Shown: piece by piece, positions 1 through 7,500 of the stretch
How the letters are laid out: each line of letters begins with the position of its first letter
Numbering within the stretch: position 1 is the first letter of the stretch
IMG/VR virus record: IMGVR_UViG_3300033076_000676
Location: 1-35,652 of that record
Source: a virus
Lineage: Duplodnaviria; Caudoviricetes
Reading direction: 5' to 3' (one strand)
DNA length: 35,652 bases
Position numbers and translations under genes: made by a program
The notes under the pieces: model-generated
Told to the model about the DNA's origin: nothing
Databases searched by the model: none
What the model saw: only the letters and a program-made list of their open reading frames with translations

Positions 1-239
1 CGGGTTGCATAAGAACCTCCTGTTCTGGAGGAACGCACTGCGTCGTATACGCATCGATCCCATGTAGCTCGGGGGACGCGTAAGAACTCTTTTGTATCTC
101 CGTATGCCCTGCACCCAAGGGTTACTTCCGTATCCCCTACGTTCAGGCTGATGGATTGCCTGAACTTATGCTCAGGTGTATTCCATGCCTCGCCGAAGTC
201 GTTAACTAATCTACTTAACTTGCCATCAAACATAGTCAT
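1..239 (-). CDS. hypothetical protein, truncated by the window edge (MTMFDGKLSRLVNDFGEAW...)
   Basis: Own translation: ATG at 239 preceded by AAGGAG, overlaps the stop of the upstream gene, frame open to the window edge; not in the ORF track. Confidence 0.6.
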   Translation of the reverse strand, partial: MTMFDGKLSRLVNDFGEAWNTPEHKFRQSISLNVGDTEVTLGCRAYGDTKEFLRVPRATWDRCVYDAVRSSRTGGSYAT

Positions 240-1335
240 GGCTGAACTCCTTTCCTTTAATTGGCGTGATCTCTGCTATCTCTAGCAACTCAGGTTCGAT
301 CTGATCCCATGCTGTAAGCACGTCGTCAGCTGCCTCTTCAGGTGAGAAGTTCACCAGGTCAGAGATCTCCTGGGCAGTAGCCCCTTCGAAATCCTCGTTG
401 CCATACGTTTGATACAAGAAGTTCATTGCCATCATTGGGTTGTCTTCCACCCACTTGAGGGCGCCGTAGTATCCATCGATAGCGACAGCGTTGTAGCTGG
501 CTCGGATGACCCGCTTCAAAGCTTCACCGCTCAGATACTTTGGGAGCTTTCCCTTGGCGTTGAACTTCTTCTTACCCACAGTAGACTTCTTGTGCTTCTT
601 CTTGCCAGTAGTCGTAGTCTTCTGGGATGAAAGCCCAAGAGTTCCTTGACGTTCTTCTTCGTCGAAGCGATTCCACATCTCCCAAGTCGGACTCGAACCA
701 TAGTAGGTTCCCTTCCCATACTTGGTCTCGTCGTACTTTGGGTACGTCATGAACCCATGTTGGTAAGGACTGAAGGCATACGTGTTTGAATACCAGACAG
801 TGAGATCCTTGTTACCTAGATCCCAGAAGTCATAGCCAGATTCACGGTTGATGATGGCTACATCGCCAGCCTGATTCATCAATGCGAACTTATTGTTACT
901 GCCGATGTGGTCACCGACTAGCTTGATGAAACCAGGGTTGGTCATCAGCTCAGGGTGAGCTTGCAACAACGGCTTGAGATAATCTTGGATGTAATGCCAT
1001 GTGTCCGACATCTTCGGATCAGCCGCATTACCTGTGCGCAGTACGCCGTTGTGTGCCATCCAGATACCAGGAACAACCTCGTATGGGTGGCAGTTGGCAA
1101 TGTCAATCTCACCGTGTGTTTTCATACGGAAGTGAATGACTGCCTCGTGACATGCAACCTGATCGTAGTAAAGGTCTTCGATCTCAGCTAGGTTACCGAT
1201 ACTCTTGATGACTTCGACTGTGCCATCAGTCTTCTTAACGATGGCGCCAAAACCATCTGAGTTCTTTGAATAGAAATCTGCTAGTTGAGCAGAGGTAAAG
1301 CAAGCGTCTTTCGGGTGATGAATAAGAATGCACAT
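226..1335 (-). CDS. class II (Ntn) glutamine amidotransferase domain protein with C-terminal extension
   Basis: True start is probably MCILIH (Cys2 is the Ntn nucleophile) after an AAGGAA RBS; motifs NSDGFG, HFRMKTHG, NCHPY and HNG are typical of GATase-II. Confidence 0.85.
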   Translation of the reverse strand: MCILIHHPKDACFTSAQLADFYSKNSDGFGAIVKKTDGTVEVIKSIGNLAEIEDLYYDQVACHEAVIHFRMKTHGEIDIANCHPYEVVPGIWMAHNGVLRTGNAADPKMSDTWHYIQDYLKPLLQAHPELMTNPGFIKLVGDHIGSNNKFALMNQAGDVAIINRESGYDFWDLGNKDLTVWYSNTYAFSPYQHGFMTYPKYDETKYGKGTYYGSSPTWEMWNRFDEEERQGTLGLSSQKTTTTGKKKHKKSTVGKKKFNAKGKLPKYLSGEALKRVIRASYNAVAIDGYYGALKWVEDNPMMAMNFLYQTYGNEDFEGATAQEISDLVNFSPEEAADDVLTAWDQIEPELLEIAEITPIKGKEFSHDYV

Positions 1336-1361
1336 AATAAATTCCTTTTTAGTTTGATTGA

Positions 1362-1487
1362 TTAAAGATTTGTGTGAACCCACTGATGCGGGACACCGTT
1401 GAACTTCAAGATGGATCGGATCGTTACGAACTCTTGCTCGGTCAGATTCGTCCAGGTATTACCGTCATTGGTATAGATCGCGTACAT
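1362..1487 (-). CDS. small hypothetical protein, 41 aa (MYAIYTNDGNTWTNLTEQEFVTIRSILKFNGVPHQWVHTNL)
   Basis: ATG overlaps the amidoligase stop (TAATG coupling) and the ORF fills the gap to the GATase RBS; below the ORF-track cutoff. Confidence 0.5.
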   Translation of the reverse strand: MYAIYTNDGNTWTNLTEQEFVTIRSILKFNGVPHQWVHTNL

Positions 1488-2974
1488 TAAGCAGCTCTCC
1501 TTTCGTTGTCTGTGTTCTCGTTAAGCGATAGATAGCTACGCAAGAACTTGGTGTCAGGCTTCATCTCCGCACTCATGATGAACTTCTTAAAGCCAATGGC
1601 ATGGAAGTCAGTGATTGCGGTAACGCCTGGTGTGCAGAAGGTGAGCACAGCGTTTACGAACTCGAGAGCAGAAGCGATTGACTCATAGCGCAGAGAACCA
1701 CGGAAGATACGGAACTCGATGGTGTCTCTACCTGTTACGTTCAATGCTTCGTAACGGTCGCCGTTGTTCTTACCAACCGATGTGAACTTCGCCATCTGTG
1801 GTTTGAACTTGGAATAACCTGAGTCATACCGTCGGGCAATCGCTCGAATCAACGCCTCGTTTCTTACGTCATTCAAGAAAGATTGAATGCGATAGATCTG
1901 AGACTGAGTTACATACTGGCGACCAACATGCACATGGAAACCGCATGCGCCACCCTCGTGTGAGCGAAGACCACGCTTTGCTTCATCGTTGTTGAGGAAC
2001 GCATCGAACTTGGCAAGGTGAATATCCAAGCCGGCTGGTTGCGTCACAATCTCGAAGCCCTCTCCGATTGAACCATCTCTCTCGAAGAACGCATACTCAC
2101 CAACGTTGCCGCCTGGATTCAGGATCTCATGCACCTTACCGCATGCCATATCCTTGTTGCCATTGCGAACCTGAACCTCTAGCTCACAACCGAATGCACG
2201 ACGGTGGCTACGGAACCAGGGCGAGTCAATGATGTTGAAACCTTTCTGTCTTGAGCTGTGATACCCATCAATCAAGCCAGCATAGGGAGACCATTGAGCG
2301 TCATGCCAAAGGTTACGTCGTGCATCAAACGTCAACCCAGCCGTGCGATTGTCGCCGTACTGAGTACTGTTGTTGTACGAACGATAGGCTACATAGTAGG
2401 CAGACATGAACAAGCGATTGGTTCCGTCAGCAGAGCGGGAGTATGTTCCAGCAGACACACGCTGGTCAGCGCAATGAGAACAAGCTGACTCACGCCAGTT
2501 GGCATTCTCTTCTGTGCCATGAATCATCCAAGTCTCGTGGCTACCAGACCAGTGACCGCAATCAGCACGAGTCATGCGGTGTTTATGTGCAACCTCGAGC
2601 AGCCAGTCGGTGTCATTCAACGCTTCGAATGAACCGAAGTTGTTGTTGAATATCTCACCGGTAATCATTAGCTCGTTGCAACGATAGCGTAACGTGTAGC
2701 TAATCAAGAAGTTAAGACGATTGACTGTCTTAGGATGAGTGCGGACATGCTTGTTAACCTCTGTGCCGAGGTCAATTAAGAAGGTAACACTATGCGTATT
2801 GGGATACGTCATAGCTAGCATGTCAATCAATCGAACCCACTTGTTTGTGTGGATCCTTGCGCCAGTAGAACGAGCTACTGATTTAAGTGCACGTTTGGTT
2901 AGCGCTTGTATGAAGCTGGTCCGAAGCTGACCATCAGCAAACACACGCTTGCGTGCATAGGAATACAAGTTCAT
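1487..2974 (-). CDS. putative amidoligase (COOH-NH2 ligase, Amidoligase_2-like)
   Basis: Motifs FGCELEV, ERDGSI..GFEIVTQP, CGFHVHV, RYEALN and TIEFRIFRG; AGGAG RBS; N-terminal CGH...CSHC segment. Confidence 0.85.
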   Translation of the reverse strand: MNLYSYARKRVFADGQLRTSFIQALTKRALKSVARSTGARIHTNKWVRLIDMLAMTYPNTHSVTFLIDLGTEVNKHVRTHPKTVNRLNFLISYTLRYRCNELMITGEIFNNNFGSFEALNDTDWLLEVAHKHRMTRADCGHWSGSHETWMIHGTEENANWRESACSHCADQRVSAGTYSRSADGTNRLFMSAYYVAYRSYNNSTQYGDNRTAGLTFDARRNLWHDAQWSPYAGLIDGYHSSRQKGFNIIDSPWFRSHRRAFGCELEVQVRNGNKDMACGKVHEILNPGGNVGEYAFFERDGSIGEGFEIVTQPAGLDIHLAKFDAFLNNDEAKRGLRSHEGGACGFHVHVGRQYVTQSQIYRIQSFLNDVRNEALIRAIARRYDSGYSKFKPQMAKFTSVGKNNGDRYEALNVTGRDTIEFRIFRGSLRYESIASALEFVNAVLTFCTPGVTAITDFHAIGFKKFIMSAEMKPDTKFLRSYLSLNENTDNERRAA

Positions 2975-3004
2975 TTGTTTCTCCTAAAGTTAAAAGAAGG
3001 AAGA

Positions 3005-3040
3005 GGCGAACGCCCTTCCGTATGGTTAAGGGCGTGAGCC
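3005..3040. promoter_or_regulatory. conserved hairpin element, copy 1 (upstream of the amidoligase)
   Basis: GGC-GA-ACGCCCTT-CC-GTAT-GG-TT-AAGGGCGT-GA-GCC; same architecture as the copies at 5032, 6249 and 6585. Confidence 0.6.
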
Positions 3041-3355
3041 GGGGAGGGGAAGTTTGGTAGAGTTACCAATGACAACAGGTTGTTTTGGTCTAGTCTTGCC
3101 CAAGAACTTCATGTCCATGTATCGAATGAAGTCACCTGAGAAGTACTGATCGACATCATCTGAGTCATCGTAGTCAATGTCCCAGATGCCATCGCAGTTG
3201 TCATCTTCTAACCTGATGATCAATCCATCATCGGTATCCCATTGCCAGTCGCTGTTCCATATTTCTATGGCATCACGAACTAGCCTGCGCTGAGCTGGTT
3301 CTATGTCAACGCCGGTACCATGGAAGGCGCCACGCCAATCAAATCTACTTTGCAT
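3026..3355 (-). CDS. hypothetical acidic protein
   Basis: 109-aa ORF in a tightly packed minus-strand operon. Confidence 0.65.
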   Translation of the reverse strand: MQSRFDWRGAFHGTGVDIEPAQRRLVRDAIEIWNSDWQWDTDDGLIIRLEDDNCDGIWDIDYDDSDDVDQYFSGDFIRYMDMKFLGKTRPKQPVVIGNSTKLPLPGSRP

Positions 3356-3689
3356 TGTTAGCCTCCTTGATAGCGTTAGCTACGTGACCATCAAGAGTCT
3401 CGACCCACTTCATCAGCTCTTCACATTTCTCTTCGCTGATATCGTAAGCGTCCGCTAACATAGAAGAACTTTTGGCTAGGCAGTGTGCTACCTGTTTAGC
3501 TGCAGCTTCTGGTAAATCATCGTCGTCATACTTACTAGCTACTGCTGATAACAAACGCATAGCTTGTGAACAAGCCATCACATGAGCTAATAGATTGCGA
3601 AAGCCTGCGCCTTGGATAGCCTCGACGGTATCCAACGACTCATCAACTCTCTCTTGTAGTGCTTGGATTATTTCTTTGTGCTTCTTCAT
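3345..3689 (-). CDS. hypothetical helical protein
   Basis: 114-aa ORF coupled to its neighbours (TAATG overlap at 3689). Confidence 0.7.
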   Translation of the reverse strand: MKKHKEIIQALQERVDESLDTVEAIQGAGFRNLLAHVMACSQAMRLLSAVASKYDDDDLPEAAAKQVAHCLAKSSSMLADAYDISEEKCEELMKWVETLDGHVANAIKEANNAK

Positions 3690-3988
3690 TAGTAAGTTCC
3701 TTTCTTTGTTTTGAATTTAGGATTGATGTCCCATCCGCTACCGTCATAGACACGCTTGTCGCCTGTCTCGTACGTGACGTAGATGTAGCCATCGTTATAG
3801 AACCAACAACCGAATGTCACCTTGCCTTCAGTTGTCCTGGCAAAGACAGATCGCAATCCATCAGTGCAGTTGCCTGTGTTCGTAGTGAGAACGATCTCAC
3901 CACCGGCATTGTTCTTTGTGGTTGCAAAGACCTCAGCCTGTGCGCTGGATAAACCTATGGCGCACAACAAACCTATGATTAGTTTCAT
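3689..3988 (-). CDS. small exported protein with signal peptide
   Basis: MKLIIGLLCAIGLSSAQA has an AxA cleavage motif; mature part has two Cys. Confidence 0.7.
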   Translation of the reverse strand: MKLIIGLLCAIGLSSAQAEVFATTKNNAGGEIVLTTNTGNCTDGLRSVFARTTEGKVTFGCWFYNDGYIYVTYETGDKRVYDGSGWDINPKFKTKKGTY

Positions 3989-4584
3989 TTCGTATTACCT
4001 CCTGGTAGTGGAAGAACTGTCGCCGCTCCCACATTCGGCGTTGCTGCTGTGTCTGGTATATCGAACACTTCATCTCCGTCATCCCACACAAAATCCTCTA
4101 TGGTTGACGAGAGCATCCCTTCATATGCTGAGAAGGTTCCCTTCTGACCAATGCCCGGCTCTTCCCAGTAGGCTTCCAGTTCTACATCTGGATAGTTCTC
4201 TGAGATGAACTGATACAACTCATCCGGTGGACACCAGGCAGAATCAAAAGAAACCTTGGTGAACCAGACATCTCCGATACGTTGGATAGGATCTAATAAG
4301 GTAGGATCGACATCCCACTTGGTTCCCCAGTTTCCGCAGCACCAGTCATACCAATTGGCATAGCCATACTCTTCTCGATTGGCAGCTGACCTACGCTCCA
4401 GCTCCGCCTGTTCAGGCGTGCCTTTACCTAGGAAGCCAGACGTTGTTTCGAGTAAGGCTTGAGGACAGGGACGGATAGCTTGGAAAGGATTCTCCTGGGT
4501 AAAAGCCCGAAGAACCTGTAACCCACGATCTTTGGCGCTATCCTTAATATGCAAACTCACTTCGTTGTAGCACCAGTTAGGCAT
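3985..4584 (-). CDS. YubB/DUF1281-like ferredoxin-fold domain protein
   Basis: MPNWCYN start, YANWYDWCCGNWGTKW, FDSAWCPP and YWEEPG motifs are characteristic of this family. Confidence 0.8.
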   Translation of the reverse strand: MPNWCYNEVSLHIKDSAKDRGLQVLRAFTQENPFQAIRPCPQALLETTSGFLGKGTPEQAELERRSAANREEYGYANWYDWCCGNWGTKWDVDPTLLDPIQRIGDVWFTKVSFDSAWCPPDELYQFISENYPDVELEAYWEEPGIGQKGTFSAYEGMLSSTIEDFVWDDGDEVFDIPDTAATPNVGAATVLPLPGGNTK

Positions 4585-4783
4585 GTTGATCCTCCTCTTT
4601 TCTTAATATGAGGTATTGATCCCATAGTTCTTTCTCACTCCATTGCATGTAGTGTTCTGTCAATGCATCTCTGATGACTGATAAAGCTTCGTCATCCAGC
4701 TGTTGCATGTGTCTGTTAACAATGAAGTCAGACATAGTTTTTTTCTTAAGTGTTTTGAAGTCCATGTCACACCCCCCATACAT
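4577..4783 (-). CDS. hypothetical protein (start uncertain)
   Basis: Short ORF overlapping both neighbours in the operon. Confidence 0.55.
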   Translation of the reverse strand: MYGGCDMDFKTLKKKTMSDFIVNRHMQQLDDEALSVIRDALTEHYMQWSEKELWDQYLILRKEEDQHA

Positions 4784-4997
4784 CGTTCTGATCTAGGTCT
4801 TGGTGCATGAGACGCTCGCACTCAGCCATCTCAATCTCATCGATTGACTCTGGGATAGGGAAGTAAATGCCAGGGAAGGCAGATCTCACAGTGTTGTGGA
4901 TCGCCATCTCTTTGCGTGCTCGAGCAAACGTCTTGCGAATGTCAGTCGAACATGCAGGTGTGTACTTAAACTGTGGGTTAAGGATATGTTTATGCAT
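4767..4997 (-). CDS. hypothetical phage protein
   Basis: TAGGAG RBS upstream; ILNPQFKYTP..STDIRKTFARAR segment resembles small phage proteins (from recall). Confidence 0.65.
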   Translation of the reverse strand: MHKHILNPQFKYTPACSTDIRKTFARARKEMAIHNTVRSAFPGIYFPIPESIDEIEMAECERLMHQDLDQNDVWGV

Positions 4998-5031
4998 GAT
5001 GAATCTCCTATTAAGGTTAAAGAAAAAGAAA

Positions 5032-5068
5032 GGACGAACCCCTTCCGAAAGGAATAAGGGGTGAGTCC
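5032..5068. promoter_or_regulatory. conserved hairpin element, copy 2
   Basis: GGAC-GA-ACCCCTT-CC-GAAA-GG-AAT-AAGGGGT-GA-GTCC. Confidence 0.6.
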
Positions 5069-5109
5069 GTAAGGTAAATGTAAGGAAGGTTTAACTACGA
5101 AGGTTGTCT

Positions 5110-5550
5110 GCTAAGTCTTGCTCCGTTCGCCTGACTAATCAGGCTCACGTAACTTAGCTGGAGCTGCGCCTTAGCGCCACCTTCTAGAACGCTGAAGCAT
5201 ACGGAGTGAGAGCTTCACCTTCATCTGTAGCTCCCGGCGTAAACGCCATCCGCTTACAGCTATCGGTTCGCCTCACCCCTGTTGGAATCGATGTCGTCAC
5301 TCATCGACTCACTATTGCCACCCCGTTCCTTGCTATCACTAGTGATACGCTCGTCACTCAAGGCAACCGTTCGCTCTTCGCTCCTCTATCTGAGCTATTG
5401 ATCCCACTTACTGAGGCTTACGCCATCTGCCAAGCCGCTAAAGCTACTTGGCGCTGGCCGCCTCATCGTGGACACGGAACGATGCGAATGGTGCTTGTCT
5501 GCTACTCAAGCGTTCGAGCGGGAAAGCTATGCTCGAACAAGCCATCATTC
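5110..5550. other. highly structured non-coding region (candidate ncRNA or ssDNA element)
   Basis: About 440 bp with no convincing sense-strand ORF and many nested inverted repeats, e.g. GCTAAGT/ACTTAGC, GCCTGA/TCAGGC, TATCACTAGTGATA, GCCAAG/CTTGGC, CATCGT/ACGATG, GTTCGAGC/GCTCGAAC. Confidence 0.5.
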
Positions 5551-5763
5551 AATATCAGGTGGAAGTGGAATACCTGCGTCACATAACATAGACATCAGGA
5601 TAGAGACACGTGCCTGGAGAACCTTATTCTCATCAGACAGTTGATTGATACGATCCTTGTAGGATGTATTGACAGAGCGAAGTAGGAATATCTGGTGCTC
5701 TAAACCATACGTTGGTGATACCTTACTCTCGTTAAAGCTAGGTATCTCATCAAATAAATCCAT
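5545..5763 (-). CDS. hypothetical coiled-coil protein
   Basis: TAGGAG RBS; 72 aa. Confidence 0.65.
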   Translation of the reverse strand: MDLFDEIPSFNESKVSPTYGLEHQIFLLRSVNTSYKDRINQLSDENKVLQARVSILMSMLCDAGIPLPPDIE

Positions 5764-5815
5764 GTTGTTCTCCTAATCACGGAACGATAGTGAGGTAGAA
5801 GTCTCACTAGTCGAG

Positions 5816-5869
5816 AATAAAAAAAGGGTGACTGCCCGAAAACCCCGAAGGATCTCCGAGCAGCCACCC
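5816..5869 (-). terminator. intrinsic terminator
   Basis: Minus strand gives a 20-bp stem with G-U pairs, GGGTGGCTGCTCGGAGATCC-TTCG-GGGTTTTCGGGCAGTCACCC, with a C(UUCG)G loop followed by TTTTTTT. Confidence 0.85.
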
Positions 5870-5875
5870 AGTTAC

Positions 5876-6205
5876 TTACTGTGCCTTAGCCATAAAGTGC
5901 TTACGCAAAAGCGCAGCACCTTCAAGCACCTTGGAGTTCTTAACTCCTGCGTTGTCAATCAAAGCGAGTGCTTCGATCACCTTCTGGGTCATCTCACACT
6001 CACCGGAAGTCATACGAGCTAGTGTGCGAGCACCCTTAGCTTTGAGTTCTTCCTTGTCTCGCTTGCTTGCTGGAGCAGTGCGAATAATCGCTGATGCTTC
6101 CCAGCTAGCGGTTGGCATAGTTCCAACGCTGATAATGCCACGCTCGACTAGAGCATTGATACGGTTGATTTGTGCAGTAGATGCAGGTTTAGTAGTAGTA
6201 GTCAT
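5876..6205 (-). CDS. hypothetical early protein
   Basis: AAGGAG RBS, own terminator, internal duplication (PASTAQINRI / PASKRDKEEL). Confidence 0.75.
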   Translation of the reverse strand: MTTTTKPASTAQINRINALVERGIISVGTMPTASWEASAIIRTAPASKRDKEELKAKGARTLARMTSGECEMTQKVIEALALIDNAGVKNSKVLEGAALLRKHFMAKAQ

Positions 6206-6248
6206 GGTAAAGCTCCTTGTAAAAAAGAAAATGTAAATAGAAAGATGA

Positions 6249-6287
6249 AGGAAGCGTCCCCTTCACTGAAAGTGAGGGGCGATTCCT
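6249..6287. promoter_or_regulatory. conserved hairpin element, copy 3 (divergent)
   Basis: AGGAA-GCGT-CCCCT-T-CACT-GAA-AGTG-AGGGG-CGA-TTCCT. Confidence 0.5.
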
Positions 6288-6330
6288 GGGTGTGAAACAA
6301 CTGCAGGGTTAAAAGCGGGAAAGCCTTAGA

Positions 6331-6522
6331 TCAAACACCTTGGCGCTCCTCACTCCAGAGAATGAGAATAGGAGTAATGGTGAAGAAGAAAACACAGAGA
6401 GCGATAAGAATGGGAGAAGTCTGAGTGAGAGATCCATTCATGTATCCGTAAACGATTGTGATGTTTCCAAGTACTCCGATTGTCCAAAGTACCCAAAAGA
6501 AGATGTAGTTGATTGTGCGCAT
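6331..6522 (-). CDS. small membrane protein with two predicted TM segments
   Basis: TAGGAG RBS; two hydrophobic stretches. Confidence 0.7.
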   Translation of the reverse strand: MRTINYIFFWVLWTIGVLGNITIVYGYMNGSLTQTSPILIALCVFFFTITPILILWSEERQGV

Positions 6523-6584
6523 AATTAGCTCCTAGTCAGTTAAGAAAAATGTAGATAAATGAAAGAGATAACCAAGCCAATACA

Positions 6585-6625
6585 GGCGCAGTCCTCTTCC
6601 GTAAGGAAATTAAGAGGACTAAGCC
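6585..6625. promoter_or_regulatory. conserved hairpin element, copy 4
   Basis: GGC-GC-AGTCCTCTT-CC-GTAA-GG-AAATT-AAGAGGACT-AA-GCC. Confidence 0.55.
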
Positions 6626-6649
6626 GAGGGAAACTGACCTAAAGTGTGA

Positions 6650-7200
6650 TTAAGTAGCACAGAATTAGCACAGAGTACTGCTAACCTGTTGATTTATAAC
6701 GGAGTGCTACTGATTAGTGATCGGTGACAGATGCATGCACACCGAAAGGCACCCCCACACGGACCAATACATGTGTACCGGGGGGCTGTGAGGCTCCAGC
6801 TGTACCCTTTCGCTCACGCGAGGGTCTCTTTTTCTATACACATCTCCCCAACCTGCATACCTTTTCCCTGTTTTCTATACACATCCTCGATTCACAGAGA
6901 AAAATGTGTAACAAACTACACAAACGTACGTTTAAACGTACATCTAAGTGTGCAATAGGGGGTGGCAGGGGACCAAAAGTGACGGGAACCGGGGGTATGA
7001 AGCGGTCCCTGCCTAATTTTTTGGGTGCAATCGGGTGGTTTTGTGGGTGAAACTTTACAATCATGTATCCAAAACTTTACAATAACGCCAGTTTGTAAAG
7101 AATCTGAAGCAATCAACTGTAATTTAGTTGTAAGTAACGAACACTAGTGGTACTATTAGTGTTAATCTGGTAGTTAATGTGCACATCTAGTAACTACTAG
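6650..7200. repeat. non-coding junction rich in direct and inverted repeats (candidate genome terminus, packaging or origin region)
   Basis: TAGCACAGA x2 (6655, 6666); TTTTCTATACACATC x2 (6830, 6871); palindrome GTACGTTTAAACGTAC (6926-6941); AAACTTTACAAT x2 (7050, 7072); palindromes at 7140-7200. Confidence 0.55.
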
Positions 7201-7264
7201 TACCCCCGCAAGCCGTCTAATGGGTTGGGACTACTCAGCCGGGCTCAAATAGCGGGGTTTTTAT

Positions 7265-7340
7265 TGACTGGTAGCTCAGCAGGTAGAGCAACGGGCTGTT
7301 AACTCGTGGGTCGTAGGTTCGAGACCTACCCGGTCAGCCA
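7265..7340 (+). tRNA. tRNA-Asn (anticodon GTT)
   Basis: Cloverleaf: TGACTGG/CCGGTCA acceptor, GCTC/GAGC D-arm, ACGGG-CTGTTAA-CTCGT anticodon arm, GTAGG-TTCGAGA-CCTAC T-arm, discriminator G, encoded CCA; 76 nt. Confidence 0.95.
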
Positions 7341-7500
7341 CTTACCACCCACATGGACTCGTGCTGTGTGGTGCAACCCCCGCTCATAGACAAAATAAGT
7401 CTTACGACCAGGGGTTTGCTTTGCCATCGAAGCATTGATAGTGATGTACCCGCCTTGTAAGCGGGAGAAGCGAGTGCAAGTCTCGAAGGTGGCTCCAGAT

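Noticed and set aside
5206-5586. 126-aa plus-strand ORF
   Set aside because: Antisense to the surrounding operon, no clear RBS or family motif, and it overlaps the inverted-repeat-rich region; more likely a chance ORF.
6650-7100. Short direct repeats as a CRISPR array
   Set aside because: Only two copies of each, unrelated to one another, too short, and no cas genes.
6724-7116. Several overlapping 66-108 aa ORFs on both strands
   Set aside because: No RBS, atypical composition, and they lie in the repeat-rich junction.
7265-7340. tRNA as a prophage attachment site or host boundary
   Set aside because: Phage-type genes lie on both sides; no integrase and no duplicated tRNA 3' end seen in the window.
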